Source: Squalus acanthias (Eukaryota). Taken from it: 64,000 nt of DNA. The stretch is taken from the NCBI GenBank assembly GCA_030390025.1, contig CM059434.1, positions 112,406,001 to 112,470,000 on the forward strand, read 5' to 3'. The notes under the pieces are model-generated. The model was given only the letters and a program-made list of their open reading frames with translations. It searched no databases and had not been told where the DNA came from. Positions within the stretch are counted from its first letter, which is position 1. The number at the start of each line of letters is the position of its first letter. Below are positions 1 through 12,849 of the stretch, piece after piece. Both the position numbers and the translations under genes were made by a program.

Positions 1-194
1 AACATTCCACAGCAAAGGCACCGCAAGAAGCCCACCTTAGTTTTGCTTCTCTTGGCCATTTCCCTTTCTTTTTGTATTTCTCCAATTTGGTTTCACTTTT
101 TAACAAAAATCCCTGGTACTTCCTTTTAATTTTGACTTCCCTCAGGTATTGTTTAATTGGGTTTATTTCAGGTCATCTGCTTCACACAGGTGGT

Positions 195-563
195 AACATA
201 AGATTTTGAGGGGGATTGACAGGGTAGATGCGGAGAGGCTGTTTCCCCTGGCTGGAGAGTCCAGAACCAGGGTCACCGTCTCAGGATAAGGGGTCGGCCA
301 TTTAGGACTATGATGAGAAATTTCTTCACTCAGAGAGTTGTGAATCTTTGGAATTCTCTACCCCCAGAGGGCTGTGGATGCTCAGTCTTTGAGTATATTC
401 AAGACGGACATCGATAGATTTTTGGACTCAAGGGGAATCAAGGGCTATGGGGATAGGGCGGGAAAGTGGAGTTGAGGTCAAAGATCTGCTGTGACCTTAT
501 TGAATGGCGGAGCAGGCTTGATGGGGCCGTACGGTCTACTCCTACTTCTTAAGTTATGTGTTC
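195..563 (+). mobile_element. CR1 (HER1-like) LINE, 5'-truncated 3' fragment
   Basis: Encodes the CR1 ORF2 C-terminus (..KILRGIDRVDAERLFPLAGESRTRGHRLRIRG..) followed by the CR1 3' tail (..ctactcctacttcttaagttatgtgttc). Near-identical to the copies at 5206 and 29026. Confidence 0.9.
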
Positions 564-987
564 TCTTACATCTTAGTTCCTCTGCACTGCACCCTTAACT
601 TCTCAGTTGCTCTCCTTGTATGCCTGTGCTCCCTTTAAGATAGTTGGAGTTACTGATCTGTCTGTCCTTCCTGCTTCCCTGTTACTTTACCTGATTTGCT
701 GAAAATTCACATTTTTGGAAGCTTTGGAGAGTCGAACTCTCCCAATGCTGAAATATTTTCCGATTTAAGTTTACCTTGTTACAGATTTAGTTAGCTTGTG
801 GTCCTTTTGCTTTACTTCTGCCTGTATTGGAGATCTTCAGCAGCCCTGTGGCCTGATGTTATCAATTTTTTTTTAAAACTTCACAGATGCCTTCTGAAGT
901 AGCTGCCGTGGACTGGAAGAGACGGGGGAGGGAGGCTGCTACCACTACCCAATCTAATCTGCAGGTGAATCCAGTCCCACACTACAT

Positions 988-2012
988 GGTGACATCATCC
1001 GAAAACACAGCGTCAGTTTCCACATGTACGCTGACGACACCCAGCTCTACCTCACTACCACTTCTCTCGACCCCTCCACGGTCTCTAAATTGTCAGACTG
1101 CTTGTCCGACATACAGTTCTGGATGAGCAAAAATTTTCTCCAATTAAATATTGGGAAGACCGAAGCCATTGTTTTCGGTCCCCGCCACAAACTCCGTTCC
1201 CTAGCCACTGACTCCATCCCTCTCCCTAACATCTGTCTGAGGCTGAACCGCACTATTCGCAACCTTGGTGTCATATTTAACCCTGAAATGAGCTTCCGAC
1301 CACATATCCGCAGCATAACAAAGACCGCCTACTTCCACCTCTGTAACATCGCCCGTCTCCGCCCTTGCCTCAGTTCATCCGCTGCTGAAACCCTCATCCA
1401 TGCCTTTGTTACCTTTAAACTTGACTATTCCAATGCACTCCTGGCTGGCCTCCCACATTCCACCCTACTTGAGGTCATCCAAAACTCGGCTGCCCGTGTC
1501 CTAATTCGCACCAAGTTCTGTTCGCCCATCACCCCCTGTGCTCGCTGAGCTACATTGGCTCCCGGTTAAGCAGCGCCTCGATTTCAAAATTCTCATCCTT
1601 GTTTTCAAATCCCTCCATGGCCTCGCCCCCTCCCTATCTCTGGAATCTCCTTCAGCCCCACAACCTCCCCCCCCCACCCCCCCGCCGCCCCCCGAGATAT
1701 CTGTACTCCTCTAATTCTGCCCTCTTGAGCATCCCTGATTATAAATCGCTCAACCATTGTTGGCCGTGCCTTCTGTTGCCCAGGCCCTAAGCTCTGGAAT
1801 TCCCTGCCTAAACCTCTCCACCTCGCTACCTCTCTTTCCTCCTTTAAGACGCTCCTTAAACTCTACCTCTTTGACCAAGCTTTTGGTCACCTGCCCTAAT
1901 TTATCATTGTGGGTTGGTGTCAAATTTGTTGTCTTAAAATACTCCTGTGCAGCAACTTGGGACGTTTTACTACGTTAAAGGTGCTATATAAATACAAGTT
2001 GTTGTTGTTGTT
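988..2012 (+). mobile_element. L2 LINE 3' portion (RT remnant plus 3' UTR)
   Basis: ORF 1024-1548 has YADDTQLY, LQLNIGKTE, NLGVIF and LDYSNALLAGLP, typical of L2 RT. It ends ..aaggtgctatataaatacaag followed by a (GTT)n tail. Confidence 0.92.
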
Positions 2013-4204
2013 GACTCTTGATGCCCTCTGTTTTTACAACTGAATTGCCAGGTCAGTCGCTTATAGAAGGTGGCCCATCAGCCACCACCTTCTCAGGGCA
2101 ATTGGAGAGAGTCAATAAATATGGACTTCACTAAACCTGCCCGCAAAAAGCTCACCCCCAAAGCTGTTGTGATCAGTTGCGCTCATATGGAGGTCTAATC
2201 AACTAGATGACAATGTTCAAAGTAAATTATTTTTATTTTACTAATGTTATGAAAAAGTAAAAACACTGCACAATGTTTAGTACAAGTTCCTTACATTTTA
2301 TCCGAAGCTAGTGTTATGACATTAGCAAGCCTATTATTTGGTTGTGACCGCGTACAGACCTGCGGAGTCTACACTCGGGGAATGTGAAATCTGTATTGGT
2401 AAACTGTTTTAGCATGCAAATAAGGAATAGGAGCACTTTATGTAGTTTTGGTGGATCCCATCCGGAAGCCATCCCAGCTGCGATATATTTCCTAAAAAAT
2501 TATAGTAAAAATTCATGATGATTTTTAAAAAAAAACTAATTGTACTGTTGGAATTTGAAAACAGAAGGCATCCACTTACCCACACTCCACACATGGAACA
2601 ACCAAACCAAATGATTCAAATGGGTTAAGAGTGTTCCTTGGATTTATGCCGAGCAACAACGGTTATACTGATGTTCTCCAGACACTGACCTGCACACTCT
2701 CCTCTCCATATTCTTCCAGATCTAAAAGTGGTGTTTATTGATATTACAGAACCTAGTAATTTGACCACAGAATATGATTCTTTCATATAAACTAAACTGT
2801 GTTTTTGTACATATTGCACTCTATTTAATTTATACTCCAGTAAGTAAAGTGACTGCGTTGTAAGGTCTAATCTTGTTTTTTTTAATGACTCAGAACTTTT
2901 ATATTTAAATAATACATTACTCAGTTTATATATAAAAGTAAGAATTTTCAAACCATCCATTAGGTACAATCAGTTTCCATATTTGACAGCCTTTGTGAAA
3001 CTCCTTGGAACACCAATGGTCAGGGCCAACACACACACGATTGATGTATTCCCATCAATGGAGATAACAAGGTAGAACATCTACAGTTTGTGCACTTCAT
3101 CTATATCCTCACAATGTTTTCTCTTTGTTTTTGGAGGTGCAACAAAACTGCGACTCACTCCACAGATACAATGTACCACTAAAGATTACTCACTGATTGG
3201 ACTCAAAATAAGCACATTTCTGAACATTTTCTGCAGCTTCAGTAAATCTGTGGTAGAAGTGGGACACAACAGCACTTGGTTGCTTACGGAAGAGAAATTA
3301 GACAATGAGTCAAGCCTACAGAATTCAGTTTTCAGATGAGTCATGCATATGATTTATTCCAGTAAACCAAGTCCAGTTTCCAACATTTATACACTCTTAA
3401 ATCTTGGTTGCAGAGGTTGTTGGTTTATGTGCCTCATATGTAGCAACAAGAAAGCAAAACAAAAATCTAACACCTTTTAAAAAACACGATTTAAAGAAAT
3501 CTTAAATATTATCTAGTAAACCAAAAATAAGTTTCCTAAAAAGATTCCCACAACTATACCTTACACATGAAAAAGAAAAGGAACATTATAAACACAAGAT
3601 ATATTTCTAGCATCTAAACATTAGCGGGTTCAGCTATCTGCTTAACGGTTGACTTAAGTCCAAGTCGGCCAACAATAAAGGTGTATTACTTCAGTGAATG
3701 TTCTTAATATATGAAACTCAGGAATACTTCAAAAAATTACATTGCAGGATGGGGGTTGGGGTTGGGGTTGGCGGGGGTGATAAAAATCGGCAGATTAGTG
3801 AGCGTCTGTATCGAGATGCATAAGGTATCACAACTCTCTGGGACAGGTGCGATGGACCAGTGGGTCTTTCCTGTCCATCATTTTCCCATGTTCATCAGTG
3901 CATTTCAGTTAAGCGTGTTGACTTTTGTGAACTTCAATAAAGTATGAATGAGCTCAGATGTTAATCACAAAGGAAACTAGAATAAAAGATCCTGATGATC
4001 CACAGCCAAAATCAGTTTGCTTTCTTTCACCTTGGAAATTTGTTCCTGTGCACCCTATCCCGAGGAATTTGATTCCATTTTTAAAGCAACCGCTATTAAC
4101 TCTTAAAATTATCCATATAGTTTTAAACATTCTGGTGTAATCTTTGATTCCCAGTAAGGCTTGAGGTAAGGCCATTTTAATTGCAATCTTGTTGCCCACA
4201 ACGG

Positions 4205-4318
4205 TCACACACTGTGGACATCTGCCGTCAAACACTTGAAAGAATCAACCATCACGGACATCTTCAAAGTCTTCGACAAGGTCTGGCATTGTGTATTTCT
4301 GAACAGGTTATCATGTGA
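4205..4318 (-). CDS. Candidate terminal exon of an unrecognised gene (SHDNLFRNTQCQTLSKTLKMSVMVDSFKCLTADVHSV*)
   Basis: Minus-strand acceptor tctctctctctatcgcag; phase-0 frame open to TGA; 70-nt intron to the next candidate exon. No homology recognised. Confidence 0.2.
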   Translation of the reverse strand, partial: SHDNLFRNTQCQTLSKTLKMSVMVDSFKCLTADVHSV

Positions 4319-4388
4319 CTGCGATAGAGAGAGAGATTTTTTATCTTTATTTTATGAGATTTCAAATAGTTAGGGCAAATCCAGTTAC

Positions 4389-4484
4389 CTTGTTAATAAG
4401 GTTGATTTCACCCATTTCATCTCCTCTTTCAGCTATTTTCATAAGTGTCCCTATATTTATTGTTTCGGCTGATGATACTCTGAC
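4389..4484 (-). CDS. Candidate internal exon (VRVSSAETINIGTLMKIAERGDEMGEINLINK)
   Basis: ttaaatag acceptor (weak pyrimidine tract), AAG|gtaact donor, 96 nt, phase 0/0, no stop. No homology recognised. Confidence 0.25.
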
Positions 4485-4702
4485 CTATTTAAGCGCGCTT
4501 TCCTCAACTACTATGGGGGTAGCACTATTGGACTATTAGTGGTCAGTGAGGAATCATAAGTAATTTTAAGGCATGTCAAGCTCCACATTGGGCACCAAAT
4601 GTCCTCCGTCTGCGAGAAGATTGTTATGTTACTTTGAGGTCTTGTGACAGACTGGGCTGTGGGCCATTGCTTGGGTGCAATGTTGTGACTGTTAACTAAA
4701 TA

Positions 4703-5066
4703 CAGGAAACTCTTTATTAACCGGCACCGACGGGACTGGCGTGGTGCTGGTTAATCAAAAAGTCCGGATAATGGAGAGTTATATCTCCCAACGTACGAGA
4801 GCCCCGTACACACTGGCATGCGCCTGCATTCGGAGCTCCATCTCCCCGGGGACCGCCAGCTGACTATCTGTCGTGTCCGCTGCCTACCCGGGCTGAACAT
4901 TCCCCTCCCAATCTACACGCTCCGATACAAGGCAAACGCCTCGGGGTTTTTTTCAAAGTTATTTTTAAAGGAGAGATGAAGGAAAACCCCGGTTACCTAC
5001 TCAAGAATTTTGCCGGTTAAGAGAGATTTCCGGTTATTTGGGTGCCGGTTAAAAGAGAGTTTCCTG
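4703..5066. mobile_element. Tc1/mariner (Tigger/pogo-like) MITE
   Basis: 26-bp TIRs caggaaactctttattaaccggcacc / ggtgccggttaaaagagagtttcctg (2 mismatches), flanked by TA on both sides. Confidence 0.88.
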
Positions 5067-5205
5067 TACTAAGACCCAGGTATCTGTGACATACGTATAT
5101 TTAATAAGGTTTATTAAGCACAAGCCAGCAAGGTGCAGAAGAGATTTTATAAATTTCAAATTACTTCAATATTAAAAGGCAGAAAACCTAGTTTCATAGA
5201 ATCTT

Positions 5206-5764
5206 ATTATATCGGGCCCTGGTGAGACCACACCTGGAGTATTGTGTACAGTTTTGGTCTCCTTATCTAAGGAAGGATACACTTGCCACAGAGGGAGTGC
5301 AACGAAGGTTCACTAGACTGGTTCCTGGAATGGGGGGATTGAGGAGACTAGGCCTATATTCTCTAGAGTTTAGAAGAATGAAAGGTGATCTCATTGAAAC
5401 ATACAAAATTCTTACAGGGCTCGACAAGGTAGATGCAGGGAGGATGTTTCCCTTGGCTGGGGAGTCCAGAACCAGGGGTCACAGTCTCAGAATAAGGGGT
5501 TGGCCATTTAGGACTGAGATGAGGAGAAATTTCTTCACAGAGGGTGGTGAATCTTTGGAATTCTCTACCCCGGAGGGCTGTGGAGGCTCAGTCGTTGAGT
5601 ATATTCAAGACAGGAGTCGATAGATTTTTGAATATTAAGGGAATCAAGGGATATGGGGATAGTGCAGCAAAGTGGAGATGAAGTAGATCAGCCATGATCT
5701 TATTGAATGGCGGAGCAAGTTCGAAGGGTCAAATGGCCGACTCCTGCTCCTATTTCTTATGTTC
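5206..5764 (+). mobile_element. CR1 (HER1-like) LINE 3' fragment, inserted into the tail of an antisense CR1
   Basis: ORF 5222-5623 VRPHLEYCVQFWSPYLRKD..RTRGHSLRI; tail ..cctgctcctatttcttatgttc. Confidence 0.93.
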
Positions 5765-5769
5765 GATGT

Positions 5770-5890
5770 CCTTACGGCACAGAAGGCGGCCATTCGGTCC
5801 CTCGTACCTGTGCCGGCTCTTTGAAAGAGCTGTCCAATTTAGTCCCACATCCCAGCTTTTTCCCCGATAACCCTACAAATGAGTCCTCTT
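5770..5890 (-). mobile_element. CR1 3' tail fragment (its extreme end catagaatctta lies at ~5196, before the inserted copy)
   Basis: cttacggcacagaaggcggccattcggtccc..gagctgtccaatttagtcccac matches the antisense CR1 tail at 42560. Confidence 0.7.
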
Positions 5891-6983
5891 CAGTTTGGAC
5901 TTAAGATGACAATAGTATACTTTGTGCTGTGATCTAGATTTCTGCTCTTAAAACAATATAGTAACCCGTTTACAATTGCCATTATCTAGAACTGTAGCAA
6001 TGATTAAAAAAGTTTTTGTAAACATCGGAGGTTTAGCAATTTCATGTCCTTGTGGTTTGATGAACAAAGATACAATTTCCACACCATTTGCATCCATGTG
6101 CAATTATTGGTTTCAATACTTCCTAAACAGGAAGAAACATTACAAAAGACAGGCTTGGAAAAAAGACCCACACAGTAGAAAGGTTACTATTGTATTGAGT
6201 GCTCTGAATGATTAATGCAATAGATGGATTCAAGCAGCGTACTAAAGAATTAACAGCTGTTCAGAGTGAAATTATGTAGGAAAGCATTCACAGTGAAGCG
6301 CTTTTAAAGCCAGCCAAGAAGCAATGGAGTTTTCTGCATCGTTAGTCCAAAGTGAAAATAACAATTACTTACACATTAATGCAGCACTGACACCAGACCT
6401 ATTGAACATACTGGTACCAAAACCCAACAGGGAAAAAAATCAAATTAAAGCCAATATGCTAGATCTGAGACTCTCTTATGACCCCTTTATATCACAGGAT
6501 TGCCTCAGATAACCAGAACAGTGTCGGAGCAACTCTGTGATATAAATAACCTTTCAGAAATAACCTCGCAGTCAAAAGCGGTGAAACTCTACTGGAATAG
6601 TTTTCACTTGGTGCTGCTGACTGACGCTACCAGCGACAGCAAATAAACAGTTTCTGCTGATGACATTGCGGTAGGGTCAATATTTTGGGCCTGACCATGG
6701 GTCAGTTGACTTCCTAGCCCAACGGACTCTGAGCACTGCAGACCTGTATGGGCCTCCCCCAACAATGGGCAGTGTCTGCTGCCAGATTCTGCCTAAAGCT
6801 ATTTTGCACTAAATGCAGAATCACAAGATTCACTTGAGCATCAAGTTAAAGTTGTGGAGTTGACCGAGGTGGCAGAGGACTAGAATGATCTGCAAAGGGG
6901 TCATTTCTGATAACTGCACCCCACAATCACAGCATGATCTCCAGCCCATCATGGACCACTAGTCATCAGCAGTTAGAACTTAC

Positions 6984-7169
6984 CTTGATTAATGGAAGTG
7001 ATGTTTCAGCCTGCTCCCGGGAATCAGCACAGGAACTTTGGCATAAGGGACAAGCAACACAGGTGAAGATATCCCAACAGTTCACCTCCTCCAGAGTATC
7101 ATGTCCGAGGGCACCTTCAACAAGAAGCTTGCATGCCAAACAGGAAATGTATTTATTGCATTTGTAAGT
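6984..7169 (-). CDS. Candidate internal exon, Cys-rich (TYKCNKYISCLACKLLVEGALGHDTLEEVNCWDIFTCVACPLCQSSCADSREQAETSLPLIK)
   Basis: ccattttcag acceptor, consensus AAG|gtaagt donor, 186 nt, phase 0/0, open for 62 codons. No homology recognised. Confidence 0.3.
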
Positions 7170-8028
7170 CTGAAAATGGAGTATTTGATGAAGTTGGGGA
7201 CTAAGAATGTACGAAGCTCTAATACTTACTGCTCTTCTGTAAGGTGGAGACCAAAAGATATTACCTGAAAGGACCTAAAAAGGCTTAAGTTACACCATTT
7301 TAAATCAGCACTGCAAGTCTCATCCAAGATCAAAATACATGACAATGAAGGGCTCAGATAAACTAGCAATGGATAGTGAAGAAGTGATGACTTCACTGGT
7401 CAGGGCACGTCATCTCATTGTATGACAAAGTTCCCCAAACTGAACTGGCCAATAACATGTACGACTATAACGTTTAATAAAAACACTCCAAAACTGTTCT
7501 TGAGGCAACGATGAAGCTCCGTTAAATGCGAAGAAACGTTGGACAGCAGTAACAAATCCTCGATATTACAGAACAGTCACAGTTGGAATTGTTAACTTCT
7601 AGAGGCAGGTGAAGTGGCTGGAGAAATTGTGTCTCACATACCACATCAATTCAAGACAATAAATTTGTCAATACAGTCCAGTGACATTCACACTTAACAT
7701 TTTGGAATACCTTCATTTATTCGAGCAGTGTGGGTCTTAACTGAACAGGTCATGTGGGAGATTTTTGAGTCGAGGTGACCAGATTGATTGGATGCTGAAC
7801 CAGCCAATCCCCGACATATCTGGGGAAGGTCAGAGGCCAAGTCTTTGGTTTCCTGTCCAGCTAAAAGAGAAAGTCTGGGGTGGAAGAGAGATAGTGGGAT
7901 AGAAATTCCTTCCTGAGGTTAGCGCTGACTAGTTTCAGAGATCTTCCTGTCAGTAAAGCGAGTTTAGCCCATTAACGGGAATAATTTGGTGTGCTTTGTT
8001 GTTTTCTATGTTATAAGGAGTGTTATAC

Positions 8029-9830
8029 TCTCTCTTCTCTTAGGCAGTCCCTCGGAACCGAGGATGACTTGCTTCCACATTAAAAATGAGTTCTCAGGTG
8101 ACTGATGAGTCCAATGCGGGACCTACAGTCTCTGTCACAGGTGGGGCAGACAGTGGTTGAAGGGGCGGGCGGGCGGGTGGGGTGCTTGGGTTGATGGCGC
8201 TCCTTGCGCCGCTTGCGCTTGGTTTCCGCTTGCTCCCGGCGAAGAGACTCGAGGTATTCGGCGCCTTCCCGGATGCTTCTCCTGCACTTTGTACGGTCTT
8301 GGGCCAGGGATTCCCAGGTGTCGGTGGGGATGTTGCACTTTTTCCAAGGAGGCTTTGAGGGTGTCCTTGAAGCGTTTCCTCTGCCCACCTGGGGCTCTCT
8401 TGCCGTGTCGGAGCTCCGAGTAGAGCGCTTGTTTTGGGAGTCTCGTTTCGGGCATGCGGACGATGTGACCCGTCCATCGAAGCTGATCGAGCGTGGTCAA
8501 AGCTTCGATGCTGGCCTGAGCGAGAACACGGACGTTGGTGCGCCTATCCTGCCAATGGATTTGCAGGATCTTGCGGAGGCAGCGTTGGTGGTACCTCTCC
8601 AGTGCTTTGAGGTGCCTGCTGTACATGGTCCATGTCTCTGAGGCATACAAGAGGGCGGGTATTACTACTGCTCTATAGACCATGAGCTTGGTGCTGGGTT
8701 TGAGGTCCTGGTCTTCAAACACTCTCTTCCTCAGGGGACGAAGGCTGCACTGGCACACTGAAGGCGGTGTTGGACTTAGTCGTCGACGTCTGCCCTTGTT
8801 GACAGTAGGCTCCCGAGGTATGGAAAGTGGTCCACCTTGTCCAAGGCCTTATTGTGGATTTTGATAATCGGGGGGCAGTACTGTGTGGCGGGGGCAGGTT
8901 GGTAGAGGACCTTTGTCTTACGGATGTTTCGTGTAAGGCCCATGCTCTCGTACGCTTCGGTGAAGGTGTTAACGATGGTTTGGAGTTTGACCTGCGAGTG
9001 TGCGCAGACGCAAGCGTCGTCTGCATACTGTAATTCGACGACAGAGGATGGGACGACCTTGGATCTGGACTGAAGGCGACAGAGATTGAACAGTTTCCCA
9101 TTTGTTCTGTAAATTAGCTCCACTCCAGCGGGGAGCTTACTGAGGGCGAGATGGAGCATTGCCGCAAGGAAGATCGAGAAGAGCGTTGGTGCGATGACAG
9201 CCTTGCTTGACCCCAGTCCGTACATGAATTGGGTCTGTGGTGGAACCGTTGGTCAGGATCACGGCTTGCATGTCGTCGTGAAGCAGGCGGAGGATGGTGA
9301 CAAACTTTTGAGGGCAGCCGAATTTGAGGAGGACACTCCATAATCCCTCATGGTTGACAGTGTCAAAGGCCTTTGTGAGGTCAAAGAAGGCCATGTACAG
9401 CGGTTGGTGCTGTTCCCTGCATTTCTCTTGTAATTGGCGCGCGATGAAGATCATGTCCATTGTGCCCCTTCGTGGGCGGAATCCGCATTGCGACTCTGGG
9501 AGGAGCTCTTCAGCCATTGGAAGGCGGCGATTGAGGAGGATTCTTGCGATGACTTTCCCTGTGGCACACAGCAGGGAAACTCCTCTGTAATTACCGCAAT
9601 CGGACTTGTCACCTTTCCTGAAGATGGTCACAATTACGGCGTCTCAGATCCCCTGGCATGCTCTCCTCCTTCCAGATAAGAGAAATGAGTTCATGAATTT
9701 GCGCCAGTAGTGCTTCTCCGCCATGCTTTAGCGCCTCGGCAGGGATTCCATCTGCTCCTGAGGCCTTGTTGTTCTTCAGTTGTCGGATGGCCTTGTCAAC
9801 CTCAAGCCGGGCTGGGGTTGTGCTGAGATG
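8029..9830 (-). mobile_element. RTE (BovB-like) LINE, 5'-truncated and frameshifted
   Basis: Overlapping minus ORFs give NYRGVSLL, ESQCGFRPRRGT, FFDLTKAFDTV, GVKQGC, LQYADD, FPYLGS, RLPKQALYSEL and the C-terminal CPTCDRDCRSRIGLISHLRTH. Possible TSD gttatac at 8022-8028 and 9831-9837. Confidence 0.95.
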
Positions 9831-9840
9831 GTTATACAAT

Positions 9841-11293
9841 AGACTGGCAGCTACCAGACAATGTGGAAAACTGCCCAGGTATGTCTTGTGCACAAAAAGC
9901 GGGACAAATCCAATCCAGCCAATTACCATTCCATCCGTCTATTCTTAATCATGAGCAAAGTGATGGAAGGTGTCGTCAACAGTGCTATCAAGCAGCACTT
10001 ACTAATAACCTGCTCACCGATGCTCAGTTTGGGTTCCGCCAAGACCACTCGACTCCCGACCTCATTACAGCCTTGGTCCAAACATAAACAAAAGGAGCTG
10101 AATTCCAGAGATGAGTTGAGAGTGACTGCCCTTGACATCAAGGCAGCATTTGACCGAGTCTGGCATCAAGGAGCCCTATTAAAGTGGAAGTCAATGGGAA
10201 TCAGGGGGAAAACTCTCCACTGGCTGGAGTCATACCTAGCACAAAGGAAGATGGTAGTGGTCGTTAGAGGCCAATCATCTCAGCCCCAGGACATTGCTGC
10301 AGAAGTTCCTCAGGGCAGTCTCCAAGGCCCAACCATCTTCAGTTGCTTCATCAATGACCTTCCCTTCATCATAAGGTCAGAAGTGGGGTTGTTCACTGAT
10401 GACTGCACAGTGTTCATTTCCATTCGCAACTCCTCAGATAATGAAGCAGTCCATTCACGCATGCAGTAAGATCTGGACAACAGTCAGGCTTGTGTTGATA
10501 AGTGACAAGTAACATTCGCGCCGCACAAGTGCCAGGTAATGACTGTCTCCAACAAGAGAGAGTCTAACCACCACCCTTTGACATTCAACAACATTACCAT
10601 CACCGAATCCCCCACCATCAACATCTTGGGTGTCACCATTGACCAGAAACTTAACTGGACCAGCCACATAAATACTGTAGCAACAAGAGCAGGTCAGAGG
10701 TTGGGTATTCTGCAGAGAGTGTCTCACCTTTGACTCCCCAAAGCTTTCCCACCATCTACAAGGTACAAGTCAGGAGTGTGATGGAATACGCTCCACTTGC
10801 CTGGATGAGTGCAGCTCCAACAACATTCAAGAAGCTCGACACCATCCAGGACAAAGCAGCCCGCTTGATTGGCACCCCCTCCACCACCTTAAACATTCAC
10901 TTCCTCCACCACCGGCGTACCATGGCTGCAGTATGTAGCATCTACAAGATGCACTGCAGCAACTCGCCAAGGCTTCTTCGGCAGCACCTCCCAAACCCAC
11001 AACCTCTTCCACCTAGAAGGACAAGGGCAGCAGGCGCGTGGGAACACCATCACCTCCAACTTCCCCTCCAAGTCACATGCCATCCTGACTCGGAAATATA
11101 TCGCTGTTCCTTCATCATCGCTGGGTCAAAAATCAGGGAACTCCCTCCCTAACAGCACTGTGGGAGTACCTTCACCATGCAGACTGCAGCGGTTCAAGGC
11201 GGCAGCTCACCACCACCTTCTCAGGGGCAATTAGGGATGGGCAATAAATGCTGGCCTTGCCAGCGACGCCCACATCCCAGGAACGAATAAAAA
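9841..11293 (+). mobile_element. CR1-group LINE (Zenon-like), 5'-truncated
   Basis: RT motifs QFGFRQDHS, ALDIKAAFDRVWHQG, VPQGSLQGP, FTDDCTVF and YKVQVRSVMEY. The 3' end ..gggcaataaatgctggccttgccagcgacgcccacatccc is shared with the copy at 55521. Confidence 0.9.
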
Positions 11294-11480
11294 AGACTGA
11301 AATTCAGTTAACAACTTTATTGTTTGTTCATATATTGTGTATATAATAAAGCAGCTTATTGGTTTACAATTAACCTCACTTTACTACAGTGTTCATCAGT
11401 CTGCCTTCTGGAAGAAGGGAGAAATGTACTTGAGGACAAATGCGAGTTTATGCTATCCAGTACACATAACAAGGGATATC

Positions 11481-12515
11481 TGTTATGACCCCTGGGCTAT
11501 GCTATTATATGATTCAATATGGGGCAGCAAAGGTAAACTGATTGTAGTGAAAACGAGGACTACTTAGAGGGAGACCATCGATGGTGAGCTCGGGAATATC
11601 TAGTGTAGACCCAAAATTTGTAATGCACCTTTATTACTCTTCCACCACCTATGAGGGTGATTTCAACAACAAAGCCAAGATTAGCCAGGTTAACAATGAA
11701 TCCACCTTGCACAGTGTCACTGACTAAGTTATGGTCAAGGATCCCAATTAATGTCTTAAGTTGCTGCTGAATGCTGCGTCAGAGTGATAGGATGCAGGTC
11801 TACAATCTTAATTCCCCACTAGGACAATTCCTCATTTCAGTTACGGCACTATCGATAGCTGCCAAATGGAAACCAGGTGAGCGCCCTGCAGAAAGAGATT
11901 GTATGTAAGCTGGGGGTAGAATTATCTATAATTCAATAAGTTAACTGCTTCGTATAACAATAAGGAGCACCGTGGGTTTTGAGAGAGAGAATTGGGTTTA
12001 GACAGTAGACGCACAGATGAAAGCTAATTTTAAGAGTGTACAAGTTTAAAATAGTTAAGTAGGGGTGGTTTATCATGGATACAGAAATATAGTGGAAAAG
12101 TATTGAGAAAAACAAGATGGTGATCCTTAATTAAGAGATGGGGCTTCCTTTCTTAATGGTTTTGTGCCAGAGTAGCCAGGTATTATACTGAAGAGCTGGA
12201 CAAATCTGGTTTGGGTCACTTTACAGACAAAGGAATAGGGTTCCATCATATATTATGACCAAAGTAGGCGTTATAGACAATAAATATAGAATGCAATGTA
12301 CTTCTTTGAGATACTTCTGATCAGGAACGACTAGGATTGCTAACTCTCCTGGTTCCCGGTGTATATTCTACTTGTGAGTATAATAGATGTGTTTGCTAGT
12401 TTGTAATCTCATACATGTTGAATAAATCTTAAAAGTTAACTGTTTCTAGAGGACTGGAGTGGAAGTCTTCTATGGTCCCAGTCCAACACTGGGATAACTC
12501 TTCCTCCCAGTCGTA
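11481..12515. mobile_element. Possible degenerate solo LTR
   Basis: Starts tgttatgacc and ends near ..cccagtcgta (partial inverted terminus), with a TATA-like gagtataata at ~12377 and AATAAA at 12421. No clean CA end or TSD. Confidence 0.3.
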
Positions 12516-12849
12516 TTCCTTTGACTTTTCTGGAGAGCAAAAGACAACGGAGCATGGAATTCCAGGTAGGTCAACATTCTAAAGCTGGAGGCAGCTGGAA
12601 CTGCAAAGATGTTAAAGGCCAAAGTCAAAGAGCAGACAAGCAGTAAACAGCTGCTTGAGTATCACCGACTAACAATTCAGCTGACAATTGGAAAATAAAT
12701 TTAATTATAGTTGAGGCAGGTGGAGCTTAGTGACTGTTTATGTTGGAAAACCAGTATTCAAACCACAATGCAACTGTATTACAAGTTCTGAAATGATTCC
12801 TGCAGGATTCATCCTTGGCTGAACTATTACAAGTGTGTGTCAGCACAGT

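Noticed and set aside
887-964. Plus-strand 78-nt exon-like unit (cacag|ATG..CAG|gtgaat)
   Set aside because: Isolated, with no partner exon and no homology.
7730-8020. LTR-like segment with inverted CCAAT boxes
   Set aside because: No TG..CA termini, TSD or second copy found.
8157-9948. Plus-strand ORFs over the RTE, and similar antisense ORFs over CR1/L2 copies
   Set aside because: Shadow frames of retrotransposon coding sequence.
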